Shown here in pieces: positions 1-12,984 of a DNA stretch of 64,000 bases; within the stretch, counting starts at the first letter, position 1, and each line of letters begins with the position of its first letter. The notes beneath the pieces are model-generated. The model worked only from the letters and a program-made list of their open reading frames with translations. It ran no database searches and had not been told where the DNA came from. The position numbers and the translations under genes are program-made. This stretch comes from Octopus bimaculoides (taxonomy: Eukaryota): assembly GCF_001194135.2 (NCBI RefSeq), contig NC_068989.1:65289135-65353134 (forward strand), in the 5' to 3' direction.

Positions 1-1073
1 AAATAGATAGATAGATAGATGTAGATATAAAGAGGTAAAAAGGATAAAGATACTTCCCACATCTTATAGACACATGGAGTCGGTTCCCTCTTTTTTGTGG
101 CATATATTATATTTCCCCATCCCATATATAAAGCATTTTTCTGCTGTGCGGCCAGTGTAAAAAAAACATTCTGTGAATGCCCCGAAAGCTCGTACAGAGA
201 CAAGATGCTCATGAAGAGTTAACAGTAAATGCCCAGTGGGTGATCAATGCAACTCTGAAACTGTAGTGTACGAACAGATGTGATGTCCGCCAGTAGCAGC
301 AGCAAAAACCACTATAACAACAAGAACAACAGCAACGTGCACGACAGTATCAACAGCAATGGCAGTGATAGCGGTAGCAGCAACAAAAGTAACGGTATCG
401 ATAGTCTAAGGTCCTCTTTTAGGATCCGACGGAGGTGTAACGTTACGTTTTCTGCCAACTACACATGGAGTTTAAAAGAATATAAGCACCTATAAGAACC
501 TGGACAATACCTCAAATGGAGCTGATGATGCAAAATTGGCTTGTCCGAGATGGAAGAAAGGGATCCTGAAATATTCGCGTGACTCCGGGGCCTTCTGAAA
601 TTCCAGTTGTAAAGTGTTTAGTTGGTGCATTCACGAGAAAAAAATATCGTGATGTAGACACGGAATTCCCCACTTGCTGACTAGTGAACGAAAACCGTTG
701 ACAAACTAAAACTAGTCATAGGAAGCTAACTCCATTTCCTCCAGGAAGTGCTTTTCGCATAATTCGTTCCAGGTTGTTGTTTTTTTCACATCCCAGCTGA
801 GGAAGACTATATTCAAACTTCCTTTGGTAAAGATGTTATGTGCCTCTTTCCAGCATGTCTGAGTAGCCGCCTGTGTTGCTAAACGTACAATAAACGTGAA
901 ACAAATAGTAACTTTCTGGCTGGCCATTATTAACGACTATATTTAATATCATTGCTGAAAAGAATTTCTTAGAGTGTGCTCTTTGGGGGCTAATGAACAA
1001 CTGACTGTTTACATATATATATATATANNNNNNNNNNTATATTATGTATGTAGTTTATGAGATAATGAGATAT

Positions 1074-1115
<42 letters not shown>

Positions 1116-2403
1116 GTGAGAGGGGGCAAGAGAGAGAGGGGACGAGAAAGAGGGGGCGAGAGAGAGAAAGAGAGTGAGAGAGAGTGAGACTGATATCTCA
1201 CGGACCATTTGTTTATACGGCTATCACATAATATGTGTTGCTTTGTCTTGAAATATTATTTTTCCTAGTAAACTAAAATTCGAGTGACTGAATGATTATA
1301 TTTAACATCCATTGAAAATTAGATATTTTATTTCATACAGAACAGAATTACTCCATACTCCATGACAAATTTAGCAACTAAAAACGAAAGAATTTCACGC
1401 TATTTTTATGTATAATTCTCCGAGATGTAAGCAAATCTCTTAACCATTCATCAGAAATGAATTCCTATTTCAATCAAGTTGAGATTATTTGTTGAACATG
1501 AAAAATATATCTTAGCTTCACTTGTTATGCGTTCTAATTTACTTAGTGTTCTATCATTCCAGCCATTCAAAATGAATTTGTTTACGTATACTAAAGGCGT
1601 GTTCACCAATCTGTGAAAGCTCACCGATCCTACTAGAAAATATTATCCACAAGATATAATGTTTTTATTTGTATTGGTTTGTTCTTTCATTGCATCGCTG
1701 CTCATGTAGATTTTCTATTCTTTGAAACATGTATTTGACATTTTAAGTAATTGGCTATTTTCGGTCCGTTTCACTCGAATAAGATTATAACAAAGAAAAT
1801 ATAAATAAAAAGTAAAATATATAAAAAAACAAAAAAAAAACCGAAAGATCTTTATGCTACTTATTGGAGAATTGTTAATCCTTTACACTTCGCCAAATTT
1901 TCCCACCAAACATTTGATGCCGGAATATTGTGCAATTGAGTTGTTTTTGCTGCAACTGGCATTTCTTGTTGAAATTCAAGAAGAAATATCAGGTTAAAAG
2001 TTAAACTTGTCGAGCATTGAGAAAAAGATCGATGGGACATCGCATTTACTAGTATTGTATTTCATTGATATGTTAACAGCTCCAATGATCTAAAGTATTT
2101 TAGATTCTATCAGTCGTAATATTTATCACTGTTTGTACAATTGTTGGTATAACGTAAAATCTAAAAGAGCTTTTGTTTATTCGAAGTAATATTAGACACG
2201 TATACAAATATAATAAACTTTTATATAACTATCGACTGCGGGGAGGGAATAACTAGCCAGAGGTAATTCTGCTTAGTGATGGTTTCTTGGATGTCCCTAG
2301 CTAATAATGCATATGCATGCACATGCATATACAGAAAAACACATCGACACATATGCAAAAATGCCCTTGCACAAATACGTACACACGCACGCACACGCGC
2401 GCA

Positions 2404-2450
<47 letters not shown>

Positions 2451-2460
2451 CACATAAGTA

Positions 2461-2720
2461 TATGAAGGCACTGTGGTTAGAACGACGGGTTCACAATAAC
2501 GAGGTAGTGAGTTCGATTTTCGGACAGAGCTGTGTGTCGTGTTCTTTTTATTTCACATTGCTCCATTACCCTCATCTGTAGAAATGTGTTGTGACGTCAC
2601 TGGTGCCAGGCTGTATCGGCCTTTGCCTTTCCTTTGAATAACATCAGTGGCGTGGAGCGGAGGTGGCTGGTATGCATGGCCGACTGCTCGTCTTCTATAA
2701 ATGACAATGCGCCTTCATGC
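2461..2720 (+). mobile_element. tRNA-derived SINE with CORE-like central domain (family C)
   Basis: A-box-like ctgtggttag and B-box-like gagttcgatt, followed by ...ccctcatctgtagaaatg, which resembles the MIR/CORE motif cctcatctgtaaaatg. Family assignment is from memory. Confidence 0.7.
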
Positions 2721-3578
2721 ATAGAAAGGAAGACGGAGACAGGAGGGAGTGCTTCGAAAATTTTTTGTTCAGCCAGGTAATAGCTAACTGAAGTCATCCA
2801 GTTGTGAATCGAACCTCTCCAACACACATCCAAAAGTTTTACAAAAGATCGTTAAAGAAGTCGATTGAAATGCTTCTCCAAACCCATAGAGATGCTCAGA
2901 TATAGAACGAAAGCAAGCTAAGAGTCTCGTCGGCAACTATCACCAGTTTCTATATTTTTGATGTTGGCTTTACAAAGTGAATTATGAAAACTGGTGGTTC
3001 TCATGTGAGTTACACAGTGAAGTTAAAAAGTCTTTTGTGTACGTATTTGCGTGAGTGTGCATGTATGTTAGCATGCATGTGTGCGTTGTGCGCGCGTGTG
3101 TGCGCTTGTGTGTACGCGAGCGTTTGTGTATCTGCGTGTATTTTCTGTCGACTAAAATGTCATGAAGTTGGGTAGCGACTAATGTGATTCATCGAAGAAA
3201 TCAAAAGTTAGACATTTTTGCATCTGCACAAAGAAATATTGCTGAAGCTTCACTAAATTTTAGCACACAAACTAAATTCTTTTTTTAATTCTTTGCCGAT
3301 ATCACTCATAACAACCAGTCAACACAATGAGTCATCGGACGTAATGCTGTCATTATTTCTTTTAAACTCTCCCCGGGTGCATCAGCGCTTTTTCAACGTC
3401 TGAATATAGTTTCCTAACGACTGTGTTCTCTCCTGAAGGTATTAGTTTTCAAGTGAAACAATTTTCAAATCATAGGACGAGTGCGAAACTATAGGAACAG
3501 TGTGTATGTACAAACATACGCACACACGCACACACACTGACACACACGAACATACACACATGCATACATACATACATG

Positions 3579-3621
<43 letters not shown>

Positions 3622-3970
3622 NNNNNNNNNNNNNNNNNNNNNNNNNNNNNNNNNNNNNNNNNNNNNNNNNNNNNNNNNNNNNNNNNNNNNNNNNNNNNNN
3701 NNNNNNNNNNNNNNNNNNNNNNNNNNNNNNNNNNNNNNNNNNNNNNNNNNNNNNNNNNNNNNNNNNNNNNNNNNNNNNNNNNNNNNNNNNNNNNNNNNNN
3801 NNNNNNNNNNNNNNNNNNNNNNNNNNNNNNNNNNNNNNNNNNNNNNNNNNNNNNNNNNNNNNNNNNNNNNNNNNNNNNNNNNNNNNNNNNNNNNNNNNNN
3901 NNNNNNNNNNNNNNNNNNNNNNNNNNNNNNNNNNNNNNNNNNNNNNNNNNNNNTATATATATATATATAA

Positions 3971-4205
3971 GGGAGAATATACGAAAAAACAACAACAGAC
4001 AAGGACAGGTGGTGTAAATAACAAAAGGATGTATTAGTATGACGCTCGGGAATACGGAAAGTCTTTGACGTTTCGAGCTACGCTCTTCAACAGAAAGAAT
4101 ACGGAGACAAGGAGAAAAAACACGGAGAAAAAAATTGAATAGCGTCCAGTCAACGGTCAATCATAATAATGGCTGACCATAACAAAGGCTGACCGGAAGT
4201 TAGAA
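3971..4205 (+). mobile_element. Penelope-like pseudo-LTR (pLTR) fragment; hammerhead motif on the opposite strand
   Basis: Homologous to 41825-42006 and 34627-34710 through the shared gagcgtag(g)ctcgaaacgt block. Abuts (TA)n and ends in a putative ORF start ATGGCTGAC at about 4150. Confidence 0.65.
4062..4098 (-). ncRNA. Minimal type I hammerhead ribozyme variant
   Basis: Minus strand reads TCTTT-CTGTTGA-A-GAGC(GTA)GCTC-GAAAC-GTC-AAAGA: 5-bp stem I, 4-bp stem II, palindromic ACGU stem III and a GUC cleavage triplet. The core has A6>U and an extra A after A9. Confidence 0.6.
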
Positions 4206-4952
4206 ATTCTTGCACATGTGTCATAGAATTAACTATTGGTAAGCAAATTTGACTGCTGATATGATTATTTTAGACCCAATTGTAATAATACCTAATCATT
4301 AATTGCATACACCTGTTCGATACGCATATTTTCGACGTAGTTGTGTTTCTGGATTTTGACACAAATCCATATATTGTAGAACGCACATCACTCCTCCTGA
4401 CATAACGGTGTCCACTTATTTACTATTAAACGGAAAATCAGATTTCAACATTGATGGTAGACTCTTTCACTGAGAACCCTAACATAGAAAGTTTGGCATG
4501 TCCATTCTATGCTAGTTTGCTCTGTATTTGTTACTGTTATATCTACCTATATGTGTTACACAATGCCTGTAACAACGAACGTCAGATAATAACCATCCTG
4601 AAGTTGATATCGATGGATATGTACTTCCGTTGCAGGTCGATGTAAACGGCTACAGATCATTAAATGTTTTCTTATTCTTTAGCATACTGTCACAATGCAT
4701 GTATATTCATACCTTGTACATACGTATATATGTTAGAAAATTTGAAATTCAGGTTATCAGGTACAGAACAAGTTTTCCACCACATCAAAGCAAAACGCAT
4801 CTTTTATCACCACTCAACAAGGATTGCAAACACAATATCATAAATAATATTATATATCTGATCACATCTACTTCGATCTTGCTTATATTTCTGACCACAC
4901 ACACAAACGCATGTATGTATATGTATACAGATAGACATATGTATGCATATAC

Positions 4953-4983
<31 letters not shown>

Positions 4984-5072
4984 TGTATGTATGTATGTAT
5001 GTATGTATGTATGTATGTACGTATATATATATATATGTATGTATATATGTATGTATGTATGTATCTATCTAG

Positions 5073-5120
<48 letters not shown>

Positions 5121-8100
5121 GTGTGTGTGTGTGTGTGTGTGTTTATATGTACGTATGTATGTATCCATACATACATACGTGCATACATTATTTATGTGTT
5201 TGCGTGTTATGTATATGTATCTGCTCTTGTACATGTATGAGACCAAATTTCCTTTGAAATATTCCAAGACATTATTGATTATTGCATTAAAAAAAATCAT
5301 TTTCTCCTTTATTATACAATGTAGCCTGAAAGGTTTCAATAACTTTGAGAAAGAAATTAATATTGTCTCTTCAGCTCACACATTTCCCGTCCTGCATTCC
5401 ATATTTTTCACCATCTTTGCTGCCTTGAAGCCTGTATTTGATTAATTAGAGTAGCGTTTCCTCTCTTCCAAAATATATGTCCGGTGATTAGTCGAAAACC
5501 AATCACGTTGTCTTGTGCACCGGATTTATTTTCTATAAAGGCCCCAAGAGAGGAATTGGCAAGGTTTTAATCATATTTTTGCTTTACACTACGACAACGG
5601 TCAGTGGATAAAAGTTTTGCTTGCTTAATCGATGTCTGAATACTGTGTTGATTGAATTCTTTAGCAACAAGGTCGATATCATTCATCGAGTCATAGAAGG
5701 AAGAATTACAATATCAAATCTTGGAGAAAATTAATTTGTAGATGAATCAATCTTTGTATACAATTTTTTTTCTCTCTTTCGATTTTGTTTTGTTGTTGTT
5801 GACGAAACGTTCGACTATTCTTGTTCTTATTTTAAATAGACTTAGATATTATTCTGACTTCAGAATTTAATATACACTTGTTTTTTATTTGCTTTTTATA
5901 TTTAAATGTGATTATAGATGTGTTAAATGTGATTAGTATATTGTTGACTGGAAATGGAAAAGGGTTCCGTGAACCAATAGTCAATGTAATAAAGAATTGT
6001 GATAATGAATCAAGATTTATATTTTTCTGGGCTATAGATGTTCTTTTTTAACCAAATGAAAAAAAAAAGAGTAATTTCTAGTTGACTGCTTCATAACTTT
6101 GTTTCCGCGAAAGAAATGTTTTAGATACATAATTCTATTAGTGAAAAGTGAGAATATTCATGTATCCACCTATTGTAAAATTCGTCTTGGTTAAAGTAGA
6201 CAAAGAATTATGTATATACTCTGTATTATGTTTAGAAAATATTCTATTCATACTTCATCAGTACATTCTATCTTAAAATGGTGAGAGGATTGACTGAATG
6301 TTTTTAAAAGTTAAAATGCACCGTTAGTAGGTTAGTGTAAGTTAGATAACGAATTTCTCTTGTTTAACTTTTATTCTCATTCTTTTTCTGAACTTTGTCT
6401 TATATGTTGTTCAGTATTACCCTTAGAGAGATAATAGTTTTGAAGTCTGCTCCTCATAAACCCCTAATAGTTAATTTATTCATAATGATTCAACGGTAGT
6501 AATCCGTGAGCTGCATTTGTATATACTTTAATGCTGTATAGAGACATGAGTGAGAGTAAAACACAAAAACATAGAAGAGTGATTATCATGTTTAAACGAA
6601 TCTAAGAACCACAGAAATTTCTTAAGAGCAGATAACTATTGTAGTATAGGAAAGAATTAGAGTATGGTACAACATTAGGCTGTGGACTACATATTTACTA
6701 TATGGCAGATATGAATACTTGTTGCAAAGTTTAGCAGCAGCTCAGTTAAAATTAAACTATTTGCTACAATTTTGGATCGCTTAATCAGGAGCCGATTGGG
6801 ATAAAAATTATCTGGCTTTAAAAACGAGTTTGAAGCGAGTTTTAAAATGTTAAAAATATGGAACGTGCAGGTGAGGTAGATGCAGATCATTTAGGAGTCT
6901 CATAAACCGGAAGTTGAGGATGAAAAGGAAGGATAGAGATGTAGTAACATTGTTCTTAAGATTTCTAATGAACATCATATTTATAAGGCTGATCTTAGGA
7001 TAACGTATGGTATTCAATATATACGAGTTTCTTTCAAGTGCAGGTTATATGAACATTGTATAAAGTTTTATACTTAAAGGGTATTTCAGGATTCAGAGAG
7101 GCGATTGACATCGAAGTTAGTTGACACAAAGTCATAAATAGGAAAAAAAGATATATAATTGTTTGAAAGTTTAGGATGATTCATCAATTCAGCTGGAATT
7201 TAAGCCTTATTCATAGAAATATATATTGTAAGATATGTTATTATACATGCAGGTCTTTGAAACCTAATCCGTACATGTGTATGTATATATATATATATAT
7301 AATACTTAAATAATTTATTTTTATATCCTCTTTAAAAATTTCAAATGTTTTCTATAAATAGATGTTTGAAACCATAAAGAGAAAGTTAAAAGATATTTTT
7401 CCATTAATGTAAATGAGATTAAAAAATGTTTCTAGCAGATTTAGGTCGAGTTTCGCAGAAATTTTATTGCGTGATAAATCAACAAATAAATTGGAAAAGC
7501 TGCTTAACTAATAAAGACGGTTGCTATAACAGTTGGACAGCAAAACTGAAAGTTATTAAAAGCTTTCATAATATTATTTGACTAAAAGTTTTCATAGCAA
7601 CTTTGAAGTGATTTGAAATGACGGAACTAACAATTTCTGGTGAAAATACTGAAAAATCAGTTTAAAGAATATTCTAATGTGCTGTTTAGAGTTTATTTTC
7701 CTCATTTTGGATAAAATATTTCTTGTGTTTACATTTCTAGAATTTAGAAAGACGCTATAGTGTCCCAGACAAGCAGCTAGGATGTCAAAGTTTCGTCTCA
7801 CTTCTGCTGTACCATTCGTGTTGATTCCTTTAGAGACACATGTACCTGAAACACACCAGCTCTCTACAGAAATTTATCTGATAATCACTTAACGCTTAGA
7901 AAAGAAGTGATAAATACGGCCCTAAACGTTCTTTTAATTCTGAATAAAGGATTAAATTTATACGATTTGAAAGCTCCCTACTTACATGATCCATTTAAAT
8001 ACATTCCGAGAATTGATTCGAAATATCGGATAGTAAAACAAAGACAGTATTTAAGGAAAAGGAATAGAAGAATCGCTAAGCAATTCAAATGGAAGAGTAT

Positions 8101-8478
8101 TCCCTCTTCTACATGACATGATTCAGGAAGGAGAATAGAATTAACATTTAATTTCCTGTTGTGTGATATTTTATGTTTTTATTCATTTATATTCTTAATG
8201 AATATCAGTTTTGATGTCTAATTTCCCTTCTGATAAAACAATCTTTGATCACATGAAAGTTCTTTTTTTCCCTTTTATGACTATCAAACGGAAAGCAATT
8301 CATTGACGCGCAATTCTTTACGAGATTGTTTTGCTAGAGTTATACAGCCTTATAAATTCGGGGTAATAACAGCTGTATCAGCGAGACTAAGGATTTTCAT
8401 ACTTTCCATAGGGAATCAATGTTTTGTAATTATAGACTGGGATTAATTGATTCATTATATCAATTTAAAATATAAACA

Positions 8479-8480
<2 letters not shown>

Positions 8481-8515
<35 letters not shown>

Positions 8516-8545
8516 TTCATAATAATAATAATAATAATAATATTC

Positions 8546-8576
<31 letters not shown>

Positions 8577-8604
8577 TGATAATAGCAGTAGTAAATAATA
8601 ATAA
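8481..8604. repeat. (AAT)n microsatellite
   Basis: Directly visible tandem AAT with a few interruptions. Confidence 0.95.
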
Positions 8605-8771
8605 TCTCTAAATAGAATTTACAACATTTTATATCTGTTTATTATATTTGCGTTTTATTTATATCTATATACAAATTGAATATCTAATAAGGCTTTCAAC
8701 ACATTAACATGTACATCTGAAAGAAACAGCCTAATAGATATATTTATTAAATCTGATCAGGAGGTAATTTA

Positions 8772-8910
8772 TCTCTGGCTAAAGCGTTGAATTGCCACAA
8801 TCGCTAGAGCATTACATTGTACATCTTGCGGTATTTATAGAGGACTTTTTGAGTTCAAATCCAGCAGGTGTCAACATCTCCATTCATGCTTTCGAGTCAA
8901 AAAATTAAAG
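8772..8910 (+). mobile_element. Decayed tRNA-derived SINE (family A)
   Basis: gagttcaaatcc B-box-like motif followed by a degenerate ctttcatcc core (cattcatgctttcgagtc). Confidence 0.45.
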
Positions 8911-9028
8911 TTCCATTTCAGGGTGAGAAGTTAGGAAATATGTTAGGGTGACGGAGAAGAAGCCTTGCAGAATTTATTTATCTATTTAAGCTGTGAATAA
9001 GTTCTGACTTCAACTTCCGCAGGCAAGT

Positions 9029-9291
9029 GGGCAAGTGTCTTCTACAATAGCCTCGGGCCTACCAAAAGCCTTGCGAGTGAATTTCGTAGACGGAAAATGA
9101 AAGAAACCCGTCGTATATCATATACATATATGTGTGCGTGTGTGTGTGTCCACATAATCGCTTGACAACCGATGCTCGTGTGCTTACAAAGAATAAGTGC
9201 TAGATTCGATTCCCTCGACTAAAACCCTTTAAAGTAGTGGTCTGGCATGGATGCAGTTAGGTGACTGAAAGAAATGAAAGAATAAAAGAAT
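9029..9291 (+). mobile_element. SINE family B, headless and internally deleted copy
   Basis: gggcaagtgtcttcta...gcctcgggcc...cgtcgtata matches the reverse complement of the copies at 50630-50992 and 59963-60400. Confidence 0.8.
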
Positions 9292-9440
9292 TACGAACAA
9301 ACGCGGTGGTTATCTGCATTTTTGGAAAACGTCTGTGACAAGTTTGAAAAAATTGAGAGATGAGCTGTATGGAGCAAGAGCTGCGCCTTTTGATTATACA
9401 TACATGCATACATACGTACATACATACATACATATATACA

Positions 9441-9686
9441 TGTGTGTGTGTGTGTATGTGTGCATGTGTGTGTCTATATCTGTGTTTGTCTCCCCATCAC
9501 CGTTTCACAACCGGTGTTGGTATGTTTATATCCCCGTAACGTAGTGATTCGGCAAAAAGATTCCGATAGAATAAGTACTAGGCTTAAAAAATAAGTCCTG
9601 GGTTCGAATTCTTTAACTAAAGCCCTTCAAGGCAGAGCTCCAGCATGGCCGCAGTCAAATGACTCAAGCAATTAAAAGAATAAAAG
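9441..9686 (+). mobile_element. SINE family B, 3' half
   Basis: ...gatagaataagtactaggc...gctccagcatggccgcagtcaaatgact...aaaagaataaaag, the same tail as other family B copies. Confidence 0.85.
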
Positions 9687-9748
9687 TCGATTCTCCGCCA
9701 AAAAAGCCCAAAGAAAAAGAAAGGGAAAAAGAATGTAGCTGAGAATAA

Positions 9749-10154
9749 AGAAAGTACAGAGAAGAGAACTTCAGAAATCGAGGAAGAAGTGTACCAAAAC
9801 TGAAGAAGATTTGGGATTGGGAAGAAAAACTGGAAAAGCAGTTAGAGCATGTGGTGAAAACAGGAAGACCGGAAGGGAGTAACTTGAGAACGTTGATATT
9901 CTACCAAAGAGAAATGGAAATAGAAAAAAAAGATAGAGAAGATCAAAGGTTTGATAAGAGTAAAGTTGGACACAGAGATGTTTGAGGCAAATCAAAGAGC
10001 AGCGCTAGTGGAAAAGGATAGACTGGAAAAGTTGATAGAATTGTTCCCTGATAAAATTACAAACAGTCAAATATATTTTCGGTACGATAATCTGCCGAAC
10101 GTAATTGGGTTAAACAACGTAACCGAACATATAACAAATGAAGATGGTGACTAA
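9749..10154 (+). pseudogene. Degraded ORF of unknown origin (about 135 codons, one +1 frameshift in the A8 run at 9924-9931), probably element-derived
   Basis: Frame open 9749-9983 (RKYREENF...KLKKIWDWEEKLEKQLEHVVKTGRPEGSNLRTLIFYQREMEIEKK) overlaps a frame open 9924-10154 (IEKIKGLIRVKLDTEMFEANQRAALVEKDRLEKLIELFPDK...NEDGD*). It is followed by a UTR-like stretch with AATAAA at 10329. Confidence 0.5.
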
Positions 10155-11011
10155 AAACAAACGGTATAAATAGAACTGTAAATTGAAGCTGCGAGTTTGG
10201 TGGGGAATCGTAAGCCATTCTATGTTTCCATTATAAATGTTTCATTTTTCATCATTCGTTATATGTACCCCACGTTTTGTGTCGTCTGTCCGTGTAGTGC
10301 CCCTTCTTTGTTCAGGCTATATGCCTATAATAAAGATTCATAGTTGAGTAAAGGTCATCCGAACGTGCGATATAACACAGTGAAATTATAAGAAATACTG
10401 AAATAGTTGATGATATCGCTTGGTCTTTCAGAACTACATTACCTTCTGTCTCAAGATATCATGCATGTTCAGTTAGAGATTAAATGCTTAAAGGGAACAG
10501 AAATGTTTCTAAATATTTATAAAAGTGATTAATACGTAATTATTGCATTAGCTCATTGAATTCATTTTCATTGAAAATCTGTGTAGTAGTAAGATGCTTA
10601 AAAAAAAAGCAGAAATGAAATTAAAAAAATACATACAGAAAGGAAAAAAAAGAACAAAACATTAAGGATGTTCTCAGGAAATACTACAGCAACTCATTGA
10701 GCGTTTCTTAAAGTTTATAAATATTTAAGAGACGCAAGCTGTACAAACAAGAAGTTGCTTATTAGTGTTTTAGAGTATAAATTTTTGAAAAGATTAGAGA
10801 AAGATTATGAACTGAGAAGACTATGTAAGGCAACAACAACAAATGTGCAAATGAGATTTTTTGCTTTCTTTGCAAATAGTAAATGTCCAATGATATCATA
10901 ACATCGCGAATCTACGTTGATAACATTTCGATTGTAAAGATTCAGTAAGTTATAGTAGCTAATTACGAAAATAAGATGAGATTAAAATAAAGCTAATAAG
11001 TTGTTCTTTAA

Positions 11012-11223
11012 TGCGGTGAGTTAGCAGAATGGTTAGTACGCAGGGGGGAAAAGTGCTAAGCGCCATTTCTTTACGTTCTGATTTGAAATTCTACAGAAGT
11101 CAACTTTGACTTTCATCAATATGAGGTCGTTAAAATAAATACCAGTTGAACACTGGGTTGATGTAATCGACTTACACCTCTCATACAATTGTTGGCCTTG
11201 TACCAAAATTTGAAAGCAATATT
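11012..11223 (+). mobile_element. tRNA-derived SINE family A (ctttcatcc...gtcgataaa core)
   Basis: Head gagttagcagaatggttag, B-box-like motif, caactttgactttcatc core and ggccttgtaccaaaatttgaa tail. Confidence 0.8.
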
Positions 11224-12289
11224 AAATTATTCCTTTTCTTGTATTATGCGTTTTGAATTAAGTCAGTATTATAAGGAAAGTACCAATTCTACTATCTTTC
11301 TCTTTCTTTCTTGTCAGAGTCGGTGATGTCTCGCCAGTAAAAAGCGTGCTTATGAATTAATATGTAGGTAGCAGCGTACATAATAATATGAAAAATGTAA
11401 CAAACAAAACGAAATTTACATGATGAATCACAGGTATCAGAAATTTATCATTAACGTACTAAATGAGGGTGTATGTATGCATAGTCCCGAAATGCTTTGA
11501 AACGGTGCGTCCTCAAGAAAAAACGGATGGGATTTTCGAAATCTGTCTACCAAAGAGAAATAAAATTATTGCGATAAATAATAAAAAAAGAATATAATTT
11601 GAAAAGAGAAATAAGTTAATTTATATTTTATATTTCGGGAATATCATTTTTATATCTCTTTTTCTTTTTTTTTTCTTTTTGGCCGAATAAACAACATGTA
11701 CTATATATTCGTTCTTCTCTTCAGATTTATTATTGTTCCTATTTTATTGTGTTTTGTCTAAAGATCTTGTCAGAACAATGATAAATCTTAAGGGAAGAAC
11801 GAATATATAGTGCATGTGTTTATTTGGCAAAAAAAAAAAAAATAATTAAAATATAAAAAATGATAACAAGAAAAAAACGGAAAACGACCATTCTGAAATA
11901 TAACAATATCTGTTCCAAAACACGATTTTACATCAGAAATCTTACAAAACAAATTCATAAACGTAACTTAACTTTTAGATCGCTAAATTTCCTTCCTTTA
12001 TTCTTACTCCCACTCTCTATATATAGATTTACTACCCTTTCTCTCTCTACCTCTTCCCCCCTCTCTCTACCTCTTCCCCCTCTCTCTCTTGATATCACGT
12101 GTAATTGCTTTCATTTAGTTTAAAACTTCCTCACTGCAATGTTTGCTTTCATTTTGTGATAGAGAGCTATTACGCAGAAAATTCTAACTTTCAAAACCCG
12201 TTTTCTGGCTTTTCTGATTGGATGCATCAACCAGATAATATAAACAAAAGAGCATCCGTCGCACAAATTCATTAGGCGATGTCTCATTT

Positions 12290-12623
12290 CAATCCAAGCA
12301 ATTTCAATTTCCAGTGAGTTTTAGTTTTGCCATAATCATCAACAAATCGCAAGAGCAAATATTTTCTGTTGCCAGTTTTACACCATGAAGAGAATTGCTA
12401 CGCCCATGGTCAGTTTTACGTTGGATGGTCGACAGTAAGAAGTAAGAAAAACCTTTACATCTATACACCAAATCGAAAAACGAAAAATCGCCCTGTTGTC
12501 CCCAAAGAATGCAGAAATCCGTCCTGACCAAGACTTCCAAACGTCAGGGATGACATGCTATGTCAGAAGTTGGTATAAAGGCATTCTACTGTGATCATTG
12601 TCCGGCAACGATGGGGTACTCCG

Positions 12624-12625
<2 letters not shown>
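12290..12625 (+). mobile_element. Helitron 3' fragment: C-terminus of the PIF1-like helicase plus terminal GC-rich motif
   Basis: Translates with a frameshift to QFQFPVSFSFAIIINKSQEQ...HEENCYAHGQFYVGWSTVRSKKNLYIYTPN, matching the Helitron/PIF1 motifs QFPxxLxFAxTINKSQGQ and HGQLYVxxSRV. Ends ccggcaacgatggggtactccgct(g), like a degenerate hairpin-CTRR end. Confidence 0.8.
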
Positions 12626-12678
<53 letters not shown>

Positions 12679-12780
12679 CGTGTGTGTGCGTGCGTACATG
12701 TGTGTGTATGTGTGTGTTTGCATGTGCATGTATAGCTAATTTGCTAGCTAGATACACAGACAGACACATATGCACATAGA
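12626..12780. repeat. (TG)n compound microsatellite abutting the Helitron end
   Basis: Directly visible. Confidence 0.9.
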
Positions 12781-12935
12781 CATAGATTTTTTAGTCATTT
12801 TCTTTCAGTCAAATGGTGCACGTGAAAATAGTTTTCCCGCCAAAGGAAAAAATCATAAAAACATTGCGGATAAGTAATGACTCATCCTTGTATTCCTCTC
12901 TTCCTCTCCCCTCGCACTATCTCTCTCTTTCTCTC

Positions 12936-12984
<49 letters not shown>

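Noticed and set aside
4585-4665. Peptide SDNNHPEVDIDGYVLPLQVDVNGYRSL with an internal VDxxGY repeat
   Set aside because: There is an upstream in-frame stop, no polypyrimidine acceptor and no convincing donor, and I recognise no family.
6725-6876. Strong donor CAG|GTGAGG preceded by an RT-like phrase KLFATILDRLIRSRL
   Set aside because: All three frames from the nearest acceptors contain stops. At best it is a very old LINE relic and cannot be supported.
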